Source: Podarcis gaigeae (lineage: Eukaryota). Taken from it: a stretch of DNA of 64,000 bases. The notes under the pieces are model-generated. The model was not told the origin of the DNA. It saw only the letters and a list, made by a program, of their open reading frames with translations, and did not search any database. Numbering within the stretch: position 1 is the stretch's first letter; each line of letters begins with the position of its first letter. The translations under genes and the position numbers were made by a program. The stretch is taken from assembly GCA_964106915.2 (NCBI GenBank), contig OZ066931.1; one strand, given 5' to 3'. Of this stretch, positions 49,501 through 61,805 are shown piece by piece.

Positions 49501-52473
49501 GCAGAATCACTTCCCAATGGCTTTTCTCGTAATCTGCGCCCTTCTCTCCATGTCACTAAGTTTCTCTCCCTACTCTCTTACTTGGTTCCATGTCCATTGA
49601 TCCATTTTTCCTTTTTCAACTTTGACAAAAGGAAAAAACTATGACCGTTAACTATATAGTTTCTAAAGTCCATAGGCCCCCTTGAATTTAGACATAGTCT
49701 CTGAGGGGATGGGGTTTCTGTGCTACTCGACTTGCCTGAGTCTTTATCTGTTTTACTACAGGAGACGTAATTCATTACAGGTGGGTAACAAGATACTTGT
49801 TTCAAGTGGTGTTGATTATCATTAAGGATCGAGCAGGAGTATTCTGAAACAAATAATTTTCTTTTCTGCCAACTCTCTCTGACCCTCCTCTCTCTTTACC
49901 TTTTGTGCAGAATCACTCCCAGTAGCTGTTCCCTTAACTTGTATCTTCCCTCTATGTCACTTAAGTTTCTCTCTCCGAGTGCTGTCCTAACTCTCTTACT
50001 TTGTTCCCCATCCCTTGAAACAATAATCTCTACCAAGCAGTGGCATAGCATGGGGGGTGGCTGAGGGGGCCATCGCCCTAGGCCCAGTTTATTTTTGGGG
50101 GGGAGGGCACATCATGGCGCCTTGCCGTGTCTCGAGCTGTTGTGTCCTTGAAGCAGCAGGCGTGCAGCCTGGCCCCTGCGAGCCCAGCACTGCTTTTGCA
50201 AGCGGCCCTGCTTGCAGGGAGGGCACCGTGAGCTATTGTGTTCTTTTCGCGGCTCCCTCCAGCTGGGAAGGGGAGCTGAGAAGAATGCCCAGCATCATTT
50301 TGGTGACTCTTGCAAATCAACGCTGGACTCACGGGGCGCCGCCAGGGTGTCTGTTTTGCAGCATCGGGCAGGGTAGGGGTCGCTCTGGTGGCATGCCCTG
50401 CCCCCCTGGCCCTCCCCCCTGGCACATTTTTTTGAGGGGGCACAATGCCCCCACACCTTCCCCACGCCCCTGCCTGTCCCTGGGGGCAATCAGGGATGCA
50501 GTGCCCCTGCTACCAAGAAAACGCCCTAACCCTGAGCCTTGCTCGGAAGAAATGTTAAAAGGAAAAGACATATCCTTTGAAATGTAAGCTACCAAATAAT
50601 GCAGCACACAGACACCATCAGTCAAAAGATCTGAATTTGTATTGGCCATCATTATATACCTGGACTAAGTGTTCTGGAATCTTTCTTGCTTCTTCTAACC
50701 ACCATGGTGAACTGCTAGTCACAGGGATGCCCAAGTGAGGAAGATAAATTAAGTCAACAGCTGCTTTCGGTAAGTTACTGGCCAAAACCACAGTCAATCA
50801 AGTAAATGTTGGACTTGGAGGCTATTAGCTATTCTGCCTAATACTAAGGCTTCAGTATCTGAAGAAGTGGGCATACACACAAAAGCTCATACCAATAACA
50901 AACTTAGTTGGTCTCTAAGGTGCTACTGGAAGGAATTTTTTTATTTTGTTCTGAGAGAGTTCTGAGGGAGGGAAAAGTTACTTTGTCATACGTAAATTTT
51001 TCAGCTCAAGAAACTAAAGAAAAGTTCATTAAAAGAAATGAAATTATACAATTGAAATGCTGGGCTTTCCCCAGATTGACAGCCCCAGTATAGTACAACT
51101 TACTGCCTGACCAGAAGTTCTGTGTCTTGGATATGTTTTGAACCTTGGCCAAGAGAGAGGTTTAAGATTTGGCTGCCAGCGATGGTTAGCGTATGTGTGG
51201 GTTGGTGCCAAGACTCTCACCCTGCTGCAGCTTCCCTGGTGGGGTGTGTGTGTGTTTGTGTATATAGACTCCTAAGTGAGAGCTGTCAACCAGATTCCAG
51301 AATATTTGAAGGGCTTGCCATGCGATACCCTCAGAAGTGCTTGCTGGAGGCAGCAGATTATGGATGACCTATTGCCAGTGAGGTCACCAAAGGTTAATGA
51401 AATAAGATCTCCTCAGATCTTCCTTACTGAGGTGATACTTCACAGCAATGCTATACCGCACTTCCTTCATAATCTTCTTAAACCTCCTGAGGAATTGGGT
51501 GGCTATGCAGCGTGGCCCATTCTCTTCTTGGGAACGCTTGAAAAGCCTTCGCATGCCAATTTGTTTTATTTCATTGACATTTGTGTGTGTGTGTGTGTGT
51601 GTGCAGTGCTATTTCTCTAGAAAAAGAGGTGCCAGAACTTACCATGAACTCATTCTCTTAGAATATCAAGAGGTACTGGAACTGAGTTCTGACAAGTCCT
51701 GTCTGAAAAAATGCCCTGTGTATAAGTATAAATATGTATGTCTGCTTTTATACTGTTCATTGAAGGACAGAACAATCAGCATGTGAAAATTTTCTCCTTT
51801 TTATTTTTTAAATGGAAAAAGAAGTCGGGACAGGCACAAATCACCACGAAGTAAAGATGGAAGCCGATCAGAGAAATCTGTTACCATTCAAGCGCCAACA
51901 GCAGAGCCATTGCTGGGGAATGATTCTTCTCGGGCAGAAGAAGCTCAGGTAAGGAGTGAGGAAGGGGAGCAGCAGAATGTGGGCTGCAGGTGCAGGATTT
52001 TGTGGGCAGTGAATATCTTGGCACCTTGCTATTATTACTGTTGCTCTAAATGTGTTTTTCAGGCTAATGGCATTTCAGGTGTGGCAGCAATATGCTTAGA
52101 TTAACTCTTGATTTTGTTGCTGATATGCTCCTGATATGACATTTTTATGGCAAAGGCTGTCACAGAATTGCCTTGGGAGCTTTAGAAGCTATCAGCTGAC
52201 CATGCCTACCTTCAAAGGTTGCAGACTGGGAATATTTAAATGTGCCTAAATGCTTTTGACCAATGCTCCAGTGTCCGGTTGTAATCTGAGTTATTCGAGA
52301 CACAGGATGCTGCACTATAAATAGCATATATTTGAAAAATATCTTTCAACTGATATGTCTGGGTGGGCTGACTGCTAATGGCTTCCATAGGATCTGATGC
52401 TTTCTGACTGCAAACAAAAATAGCACAACTCATTTCTCCTGTACCGCTCACTAGAGACTTCAGAACTCATTCA

Positions 52474-52521
<48 letters not shown>

Positions 52522-55500
52522 CTCTCTTACACACACTCTTCTGCCTTGTTGCAGTAATCTCTGGTGAGGCCCACTGGGATGGGAATCTTGTTATTTGAAT
52601 CTAACAGATGTTCAGTTTCTTTGCCACTCCTGGTAAACCTGACTTTTAGACAAACAAGCCAACCAGGCCCTTAGGAGAATAGTCAAACAACCAAATGTGT
52701 CTTGGACCTGACAGCCAAGGTAATTCAGTTCAGAGTTGGACATGCATTTGAGAGATTGCCTCACCTCTGCCTCAGACTGCCTTGAACTTGCCTTGGGCGA
52801 GTCTTTTGCCATCTTTAAAAATACGACTTCCAATGGCTTGCCTTAAAGAAAATGTGTTTTTCAGTTTTGGAAGGGCTGTGGAAAAGTTTACCAGTATGCA
52901 AGATTCACCTTGCATTTGGTACCTTGCAAAAGTTCTCTAATCCAAAAATGTTTTGCAAATTGCTGAAGGGCAAAGGGGAAGCAGTGGCTGGCTTACTGAC
53001 ATCTTTCTGTGTGGTTTCATTGGCCTTTGGCTAAGATGACGTGGGGAGAAAGATCTACCAATTATATTTACCATTGGAAGTTTACTGCAATTTGCAGAGC
53101 ACGGGAGTAAGCGAAAGACCTTTGGCAATCTAATTTCCTAAATGGCAGCTCTCTTTCAGATCCGTACTTGGCAGACTAAATGTCTTGACACCTAGAACAG
53201 GAGTACATGGGCACAGCACAACATTGGTGATGATGCCTGACACTATATTTGGTAAACATTGCAAGATGAAAAGCTTCTGCCACTGGCTACTTGTTATGTC
53301 TACAGTGGCAAAGGAAACTTCCCAGGGAGTAGAGTGTTGGATGATCCAGGTTTAAATCCTCAGCCATGAAAATCCTTAGGGATGTTGATTAGCCCAAAAC
53401 TAATTATGCCCTATCTCAGAACTAGCTGATAGGATAAAATGGATGAGGGACCAAAACAATGGCAGCGTTTGCACATCCTAAAAAACTAGACTGTCTGTGA
53501 ATAAGTCTGATGACTCCTTCCCTGGAGAGAATGGAATAAACAAACAGAACTCTTGGATTCCCATTTTGTGGCTCCCTAAGCCACAAACTTGAGCCATAGT
53601 TTGGTGTTGACTTGTTGATCATGACTTGTTAGGGAGCAGCAAACCATGCTTCATGGTTCAGATGTAATGGGAGGCCAAGACTTCCTGGTTTGTGTATCCT
53701 GCTCACACCACAGGAGGAACAAAGTACTGTATGAGCTATCAGGCAATGTGTGCTCTGCTTGCTCTTAGTAAAAAGGTAAAGGGACCCCTGACCATTAGTC
53801 CAGTCGTGGCCAACTCTGGGGTTGCGACGCTCATCTCGTTTATTGGCCAAGGGAGTCAGTGTACAGCTTCTGGGTCATGTGGCTAGCATGACTAAGCCAC
53901 TTCTGGCGAACCAGAGCAGCGCATGGAAATGCCATTTACCTTCCTGCCAGAGCGGTACCTATTTATCTACTTGCACTTTGACGTGCTTTTGAACTGCTAG
54001 GTTGGCAGGAGCAGGGAGCGAGCAATGGGAGCTCACCCCGTCGCGGGGATTCGAACCACTGACCTTCTGATCGGCAAGTCCTAGGCTCTGTGGTTTAACC
54101 CACAGTGCCACCCGCGTCCCTTCTTAGTAAACCATGCTAAACCCAAAAGATTGGCTTTATTGTGATGTGCAAACATGTATGTTCTCCTAGGAGGAATGCA
54201 GGAATAATTATTTTTAACAATAGTGTATAATGATGACATCTCACAGTTTTTTTTGGATAATTAGTGTATTAGGCCTATTACAGTGGTACCTCGGGTTACA
54301 GATGCTTCAGGTTACTGACGCTTCAGGTTACAGACTCTGCTAACCCACAAATAGTACCTCGGGTTAAGAACTTTGCTTCAGGATGAGAACAGAAATGGTG
54401 CGACGGCAGCGGGAAGCCCCATTAGCTAAAGTGGTACCTCAGGTCAAGAACAGTTTCAGGTTAAGAACGGACCTCCGGAACGAATTAAGTTCTTAACCCG
54501 AGGTACTTCTGTAATTGTTCTTCCTCGTAACAATATCTGGTCAACTGACCAAATCTTTTTTGACCACTTAGATGTCAAGTATAACTACTGAAGGATGAGT
54601 AACTGGCTGAGATGTTTCCCCCCATTTTAAAGTGAAGTATGCTCTTCACAAAAGTAAAGCTAACAGTGAGAGTAAGGGAGGGAAGCTGTGTGGTTCACTC
54701 TTATCCCAGGTGGCTATGAGGACAGTCAACTGAGGAAATTGGGAAGCATCCTACGGAAAGGCTTCTGCCTATTTCTCCAGGGCCTCCTATTCAGTGTGGG
54801 GAAGCCATAAATGCAGAGGGCATAGCTTGCTCTGGTCTCTTGTCAGCTGTGTGGGTTCATAGGCCCAAGCATCTTGACCGGGGGATTGGAGGCCCTGAAC
54901 TAGGCCTCTTCGCCTGCAAAACGAGGGCCATCTGAAAGTGTCCTGACTATAGGAGTTGCTTATGAACGTGTTCTCTTCTTTTCTGCTTAGGATGACAACT
55001 GGGGTGAGACCACAACTGCCATCACAGGTACCTCTGAACATAGCATGTCCCAGGAGGACATTTCCAGGATCAGCAAGGACTTGGAGGACAGCGTTGGCGT
55101 AGAGTGCAAGCGCTATTTTCTCTTGACGTTGGCTGCTGTTCTGGGACTCCTCGTCTTCCTCACCCCTGTTGCCTTCATTCTGCTCCCACAGATCCTGCGG
55201 AGGACTGAGTTAGAGCCATGTGGCACTGCTTGTGAGGGACTCTTCATCTCTGTGGCTTTCAAACTCCTCATCCTCTTGATTGGCACCTGGGCTCTCTTCT
55301 TCCGCCAGCCCAAGGCTGACCTCCCCAGGGTGTTTGTCTTTCGCACCCTCATTTTGGTCCTCTTATTTCTGCTGGTGTTTTCTTACTGGCTCTTTTATGG
55401 CGTCCGCATTTTGGAATCCAAGGACATCAATTACCAGGGGATTGTACAGTTTGCTGTGTCGCTGGTGGACGCTCTTCTTTTTGTCCACTATCTCGCCATT

Positions 55501-55598
55501 GTGGTCCTGGAACTGAGGCAGCTGCAGCCAATGTTCACGGTCAAGGTGGTTCGATCGACAGACGGAGAATCACGCTATTATAGCCTGGGACACTTGAG
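46507..55598 (+). CDS. VANGL1: VANGL1 (Vang-like 1, planar cell polarity tetraspan protein), 5' partial spliced CDS; remaining exons lie beyond the window
   Basis: [11 protein letters not shown]...[10 protein letters not shown]...[18 protein letters not shown]...four TM segments...[15 protein letters not shown]; the [11 protein letters not shown] start fits VANGL1 better than VANGL2. Confidence 0.96.
47672..48546. mobile_element. hAT element with nested mariner-MITE fragment (48230-48432)
   Basis: termini CAGTAGTTCCCA / TGGGAACCACAG; degenerate 8-bp TSD AAGTAGCC / ACGTAGCA. Confidence 0.65.
50038..50509. mobile_element. hAT (Tip100-like) non-autonomous element, GC-rich
   Basis: perfect 8-bp TSD CTACCAAG; CAGTGGCA / TGCCCCTG termini. 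Confidence 0.78.
51822..51948 (+). CDS. VANGL1: VANGL1 exon 3 ([42 protein letters not shown]); acceptor position uncertain (51822 or 51825)
   Basis: clear homology; donor CAG|GTAAGG; the nearby in-frame AG acceptors are the tandem AAG/AAG. Confidence 0.88.
52477..52526 (+). repeat. (CT)n microsatellite; other simple repeats are (TG)n 51582-51603, (TTA)n 19603-19634 and (TA)n 18479-18497
   Basis: seen directly. Confidence 0.95.
53773..54121 (-). mobile_element. Sauria SINE
   Basis: full length; TSD TCTTAGTAAA. Confidence 0.9.
54281..54511. mobile_element. Tc1/mariner-pogo MITE
   Basis: CAGTGGTACCTCGGGTTA...TAACCCGAGGTACTTCTG, TA TSD. Confidence 0.82.
54991..55598 (+). CDS. VANGL1: VANGL1 exon 4 (608 bp, four transmembrane helices)
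   Basis: cttag|GATGACAACTGG; ORF 55045-55602; |gtaggt. Confidence 0.97.
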
Positions 55599-55724
55599 GT
55601 AGGTCAAAGCAGATTTGGGAAGCCAGAGCAGCAATTTGCATTTAATCTCTACTTCCTGCTTTATTTACTTCTCCCCTTTTTAATTTTGGTCTTTAGCTCA
55701 ATTTCTGCAGCCCATTTACATGTA

Positions 55725-55974
55725 CAGTCGTACCTCAGAAGTCGAACGGAATCAGTTCCGGAAGTCCGTTCAACTTCCAAAACATTCGGAAACCAACACA
55801 CAGCTTCCGATTGGCTGCAGGAGGCTCTTGCAGCCAATCGGAAGCAGCGGAAGTTTCATCGGACGTTCGGGTTCCAAAGAACGTTTGCAAACCGGAACAC
55901 TCACTTCCGGGTTTGCGGCGTTCGGGAGCCAAAACATTCAACTTGCAAGGCGTTTGGGATCCAAGATACGACTG
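55725..55974. mobile_element. Tc1/mariner-pogo MITE
   Basis: CAGTCGTACCT...AGATACGACTG, TA TSD, internal palindromes. Confidence 0.8.
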
Positions 55975-58119
55975 TAGTTCCTTCACAAGTTTTGCTGGTG
56001 TTTGTTGAAAACAGCTTCCGCCTTAGCTTGTTTTAAGTTGTGTAAGAACCCCATTTTTAGGCTCTCCACCTTGCCTCTGTGTGGGATCTGGCCCTGGTCA
56101 CAGATTTGCGTCCGTGTGTGGGATTAAATGCATGTAACAGGAGTAGGACTGGCCCTCCTGGCCCTGCCCCCCACGTCATGAACCCCCCAGCTGCATAGTG
56201 ACCCATGCATATAGCACCAATGTCCGAAAGAAGACGAGCCCTTCCCTCATTGGTTTCCACGCAGTTTGGGACAAGCTCTTTCTCCCTTCTCTGGGGGGGG
56301 GCAGGATACCCTTGAAAGCACTTACCTGAGGAGAACTTTGAAAGTGTGGTTGTCGGCTCTCTCCCTCACTCTCAGCCAGCACTGCAAACAAGGTGGCATT
56401 AGGTGGTGAAGTTCTCTGTCCTTTACAGTTTTGCAGCTGTACAATCTAAAGGTCGTAAAGGAGGTGTGGCAGCAACATGGAGCCGCAACCCGATGGTGCT
56501 GCTTAGTAAGCATGCAGGGTTAAAAACTTCATATGTCTTCTGAATGGAAGGCGCACCAGTTGGTGAGGAACAAAAATGCCATGTTCTGTCAGTTTGGTTA
56601 GATCGGGAAGGGAACAGTTGGCTTTCTAGATGTTGGATTCCATCTCCCTTCAGCCCAGCTTGCAAGGCCAATTGTCAGAGATAGTGGTGCTTAGAGTCCA
56701 AAAACATCTGGAGGAAGAGCCCCATGTCACTGGACAGCAGGTGTGGTGTTGAATGTTTGAATACTCACCTGGATAAAATGCTATCTCCACAGCCTGGCAT
56801 GTTGAGGAAAAGGTTAACCTAGAACCTTCTCTGTGATTTTGTGTGTGTTATATTTTAGCACTATTTTATTGCATTTTGTTCCTATGTTTTACACACACAC
56901 ATACACGGTTTGCATATAACAGTTCTTAACAGCTTTGGACTTCTGGGCTCCCCCCCCCCCCATTTTAGGACATGATCTGCAGATTATGCAAATTACATAC
57001 CTGGACTGTACCATTTCAGATTGTAGGATGTATGGAGTTAAGCATCCCATGTAAAATATTTTATTTATGTAGTAAACTAGCACATTAGAACGAGTGCTAT
57101 TATAGTTGTAGCCCTTGCTGTGATGTGTTCAGTTTATTACATTTGGGAAGTCTATACATGAGGAAACACTCAGAAAGTTGTCTTCCCCATAGCTCGCACA
57201 CATGCCGTCTGAAATGGAATTGCCCAAATTCTGCCGCCATACTTCGTGCAGTATCATAGAATCATAGAGTTGGAAGAGACCACAAGGGCCACCGAGTCCA
57301 ACCCCCTGCCAAGCAGGAAACACCATCAGAGCACTCCTGACATATGGTTGTCAAGCCTCTGCTTAAAGACCTCCAAAGAAGGAGACTCCACCACACTCCT
57401 TGGCAGCAAATTCCACTGTCAAACAGCTCTTACTGTCAGGAAGTTCTTCCTAATGTTTAGGTGGAATCTTCTTTCTTGTAGTTTGGATCCATTGCTCCGT
57501 GTCCACTTCTCTGGAGCGGCAGAAAACAACCTTTCTCCCTCCTCTATGTGACATCCTTTTATATATTTGAACATGGCTATCATATCACCCCTTAACCTCC
57601 TCTTCTCCAGGCTAAACATGCCCAGCTCCCTTAGCCGTTCCTCATAAGGCATCGTTTCCAGGCCTTTGACCATTTTGGTTGCCCTCCTCTGGACACGTTC
57701 CAGTTTGTCAGTGTCCTTCTTGAACTGTGGTGCCCAGAACTGGACACGGTACTCCAGGTGAGGTCTGACCAGAGCAGAGTACAGTGGCACGATTACTTCC
57801 CTTGATCTAGATGCTATACTCCTATTGATGCAGCCCAGAATTGCATTGGCTTTTTTAGCTGCCGCATCACACTGTTGGCTCATGTCAAGTTTGTGGTCAA
57901 CCAATACTCCTAGATCCTTTTCACATGTACTGCTCTCAAGCCAGGTGTCACCCATCTTGTATTTGTGCCTCTCATTTTTTTTGCCCAAGTGCAATACTTT
58001 ACATTTCTCCCTGTTAAAATTCATCTTGTTTGTGTTGGCCCAGTTCTCTAATCTGTCAAGGTCGTTTTGAAGTGTGATCCTGTCCTCTGGGGTGTTAGCC
58101 ACCCCTCCCAGTTTGGTGT

Positions 58120-58879
58120 TGTCAGGACTGCTGCTAGGTCCCAGCTCACAGAGGACCAACGCCCAGTGGATGTTATATACAAAAGTCTTTATTAAAGTTT
58201 AGTTTCCATTTCCAAGCTCTGGGCGCGCAGACCCACGTCTTGGCGCTAGACCGGCTAAGTCCCCTCTGACTCACTGCTCCACCCACACCAGTTTAAGATT
58301 CTAGCCCGGCTCCACCTCTTGCGCTGCTCTTTCCTGCGTTGGGTCCTTCTGCCCTCTGGGGTTCCCTCCTTCCTGGACTCCTCTGACGCGGAGCCTCCTG
58401 AGTCTTGCCCCTCCCTCCGGCGGGCTTTAGGACCTGGCTCCCTTCCCGGGCTCCCCGCTGTGCCGCGCTCCTGTACATTTGAACTTGGCGCGCGCGCCCA
58501 GCCGGTGACTTTCCTTCTGACCGTTTCCCCGCTTCCTGATGTGGGTGTTGCCAAACCTGACTCCTCTCCTCCCTCTGGTGGTGAGGACACTGGTCCCGAC
58601 TCCTGGGACTCCCCCTCCCCACTGCGCTCTGGTGGAGACGCTGGTCCTGATCTCCAGCTGCTGCTCAGGGACTCCCCGCTGGGCCCTTCCTCCTGGGGCT
58701 TCCCCCCTGGACCCCCCTTCGCTCTGGCCACCAGCGCTCCCTTCTGTGAGTCCTCCGATTCGCTAGAGAGGCTTGTGGAATAACTCTGGCCACTGTCACT
58801 GCCTGCGCCCCCCTCGTACTCCTCCTCCTCACTCTCCATTTGCTCCCCCTCCTGTGTCTCTCCTTCTGAACCCCTGACA
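58120..58879 (-). mobile_element. second, diverged solo LTR of the same family, inserted in CR1 ORF2
   Basis: TGTCAGG termini, 5-bp TSD GGTGT (58115-19, 58880-84), AATAAA on minus strand at 58188-93. Confidence 0.87.
58255..58839 (-). CDS. LTR-encoded 194-aa protein (homologue of 32329-32985)
   Basis: ATG at the same offset (40 nt) from the LTR start as in copy 1; MESEEEE...[22 protein letters not shown]. Confidence 0.7.
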   Translation of the reverse strand: MESEEEEYEGGAGSDSGQSYSTSLSSESEDSQKGALVARAKGGPGGKPQEEGPSGESLSSSWRSGPASPPERSGEGESQESGPVSSPPEGGEESGLATPTSGSGETVRRKVTGWARAPSSNVQERGTAGSPGREPGPKARRREGQDSGGSASEESRKEGTPEGRRTQRRKEQRKRWSRARILNWCGWSSESEGT

Positions 58880-60616
58880 GGTGTCATCTGCAAATTTGAT
58901 CAGGATGCCCTTGAGTCCATCATCCAAGTCGTTGATAAAGATGTTGAATAAGACTGGGCCCAAGACAGAACCCTGTAGCACCCCACTAGTCACTCTTCTC
59001 CAGGATGAAGAGGAACCATTGATGAGCACCCTTTGGGTTCGGTCAGTCAGCCAGTTACAAATCCACTGAGTGGTAGCATAGTCAAGACCACATTTTACCA
59101 GCTTCTTTACAAGAATATCATGGGGCACCTTGTCAAATGCCTTGCTGAAATCAAGGTAGGCTACACCCACTGCGTTCCCTTCTTCTACCAGGGTTGTAAT
59201 TCTGTCAAAAAACAAGATCAGGTTCGTCTGACATGACTTATTTTTCAGAAATCCATGCTGACTATTGGTGATCACAGCATTCCTTTCTAGGTGCTCACAG
59301 ACTGTTTGCTTAATGATCTGCTCCAGAATCTTCCCTGGTATTGATGTCAGACTGACTGGGCGGTAATTATTTGGGTCCTCTCTTTTCCCCTTTTTGAAAA
59401 TAGGGACAAACATTTGCTCTCCTCCAGTCTGCCGGGACTTCGCCTGTTCTCCAGGAATTCTCAAAGGTGACTGCCAGTGGTTCTGAGATCACATCTGCCA
59501 GTTCTTTTAATACTCTTGGATGCAGTTCATCTGGCCCTGGAGACTTGAATACATCTAGACTAGCCAAGTATTCTTGTACTATCTCCTTAGTTATTCTGGG
59601 CTGTGTTTCCTCTGCTGAATCATTTGCTCCAAATTCTTCAGGTCGGGCATTGTTTTCTTTATCGAAGAAGACTGAGGCAAAGAAGGCATTGAGGAGTTCA
59701 GCCCTTTCTGTGTCCCCTGTTTGCATTTCACCATCTTCTCTGAGTGACCCCACTGTTTCTTTGTTCTTCCTTTTGCTACGAACATACCCATAATAGCCTT
59801 TTTTGTTGCTTTTAACCTCTCTAGCAAGCCTGAGTTCATTCTGTCCTTTAGCTTTCCTGACTTTGTGTCTACACGCACTGGCTATTTGTTTGAATTCCTC
59901 TTTGGTGGGTTTCCCTCTTTTCCATTTTTTGTACACATCCTTTTTTAATCTTAACTCAGTTAAAAGTTCTTTAAATAGCCACCCTGGCTTCTTTAGGCAC
60001 CTTCCGTGTTTCCGTCTCATTGGTATTGCCTGAAGTTGTGCTTTTACTATCTCCCTCTTAACAAACTCCCAGCCATCATGAACTCCCTTTCCTTTGAGTA
60101 TTACTGTCCATGGGATCTCACCCAGCACTTCCCTAAGTTTTATGAAGTTGGCTTTCTTAAAGTCAAGAAATTGAGTCCTAGTATGCTTGGCTGCTCCTTT
60201 CCGCTGTATAGTAAACTTCAGAAGAGCATGATCACTCGCGCCTAATGATCCTTCCACTTCTACCCCACTAACCAGGTCATCAACATTGGTTAGGACCAGA
60301 TCTAAAATGGCTGTTCCTCTTGTTGCTTCTCCCACTTTCTGGACAATGAAGTTGTCTGCAAGGCCAGTGAGGAATCTGTTTGACCTTATGCTCTTGGCTG
60401 AGTTTGACATCCAACAAATATCCGGGTAATTGAAGTCCCCCATTACTACTATCTCCCTTCCTTTTGCATGCTTGGCCATCTGTTCCAGGAAGGCATCATC
60501 TATGTCCTCCGTTTGGCTTGGGGATCTATAGTAAACTCCCACAATGAGGTCACTGTTATTATTCTCTCCCTTAATTTTGACCTAAATGCTCTCACTTTGG
60601 CTTTCAGGTTCTAAAT

Positions 60617-61805
60617 ATTTTTTTAAAAATAATATTTATTGAAGTTTCAATTGAAAACATATAAAAACAAAACAACAACAATAAAAACAAACATAAACAA
60701 AAACAACAAGTATAATTTCAAACCTTATTTTCTCAACCTACTTTCCCCGACTCCCTCATACCTCCCCGTTCTGTATTCTATTTTCATTATCCAGTCAGTA
60801 AATCCATTCCCTTATTTACCAAAGTTTTTTTGACAATTCCATTCCTTTTCATATTTAGCATCTCTGAACACTGTATTATTTTCCAACCCATGTCTTTCTA
60901 ACCTTCATTAATTTTATAATACTTATCAAGATAATCTTTAAATTTCTTCCAATCTTCTTCCACTGTCTCTTTCTCCTGGTCTCGGATTCTGCCCGTCATC
61001 TCTGCCAGTCCCATGTAGTCTATCATTTTCATCTGCCATTCTTCCAAGGTGGGTAGCTCTGATGTCTTCCAATACTTTGCAATAAGAATCCTTGCTGCTG
61101 TTGTGGCATACATAAACAAAGTTCTATCCTTCTTTAACACCACATGGCTGACCATGCCCAGGAGAAAGGCCTCTGGTTTCTTCAAGAAGGTATATTTAAA
61201 TACCTTTTTCATTTCATTATATATCATTTCCCAGAAAGCCTTAATCCTTGGGCACGTCCACCAGAGGTGAAAGAATGTTCCTTCAGTTTCTTTGCATTTC
61301 CAACATTTATTATCGGGCAAATGATAGATTTTTGCCAGTTTGGCTGGGGTCATGTACCACCTGTAGATCATTTTCATAATATTTTCTCTTAAGGCATTGC
61401 ATGCCGTAAATTTCATCCCGGTGGTCCATAACTTTTCCCAGTCAACAAACAAAATGTTATGACCAATATCCTGTGCCCACTTAATCATTGCAGATTTAAC
61501 AGTTTCATCTTGTGTATTCCATTTCAACAGCAGATTATACATTCTTGACAAGTTCTTAGTATTGGGTTCTAACAGTTCAGTCTCTAACTTTGATTTTTCC
61601 ACCTGGAAGCCAATTTTCCTATCCATCTTATAGACTTCCAACAATTGATAATAGTGAAGCCAATCTCGGACCTTACCTTTTAATTTCTCAAAGCTCTGCA
61701 ATTTCAGTTTATCACCCTCCTGTTCCAAAATTTCCCAATATTTCGGCCATGTGCATTCCATATTAAGCTTTTTTACTGCTTTGGCCTCCATAGGCGAAAG
61801 CCACC
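60617..61805 (-). mobile_element. 5'-truncated L1-clade LINE nested in CR1
   Basis: 297-aa open ORF2 C-terminus with CWKC...H...C zinc knuckle; 14-bp TSD TTCAGGTTCTAAAT (60603-16, 61806-19). Confidence 0.9.

Noticed and set aside
50855-50893. Second hammerhead-like motif
   Set aside because: GAAA core mutated to AAAA and stem II mismatched; presumed inactive
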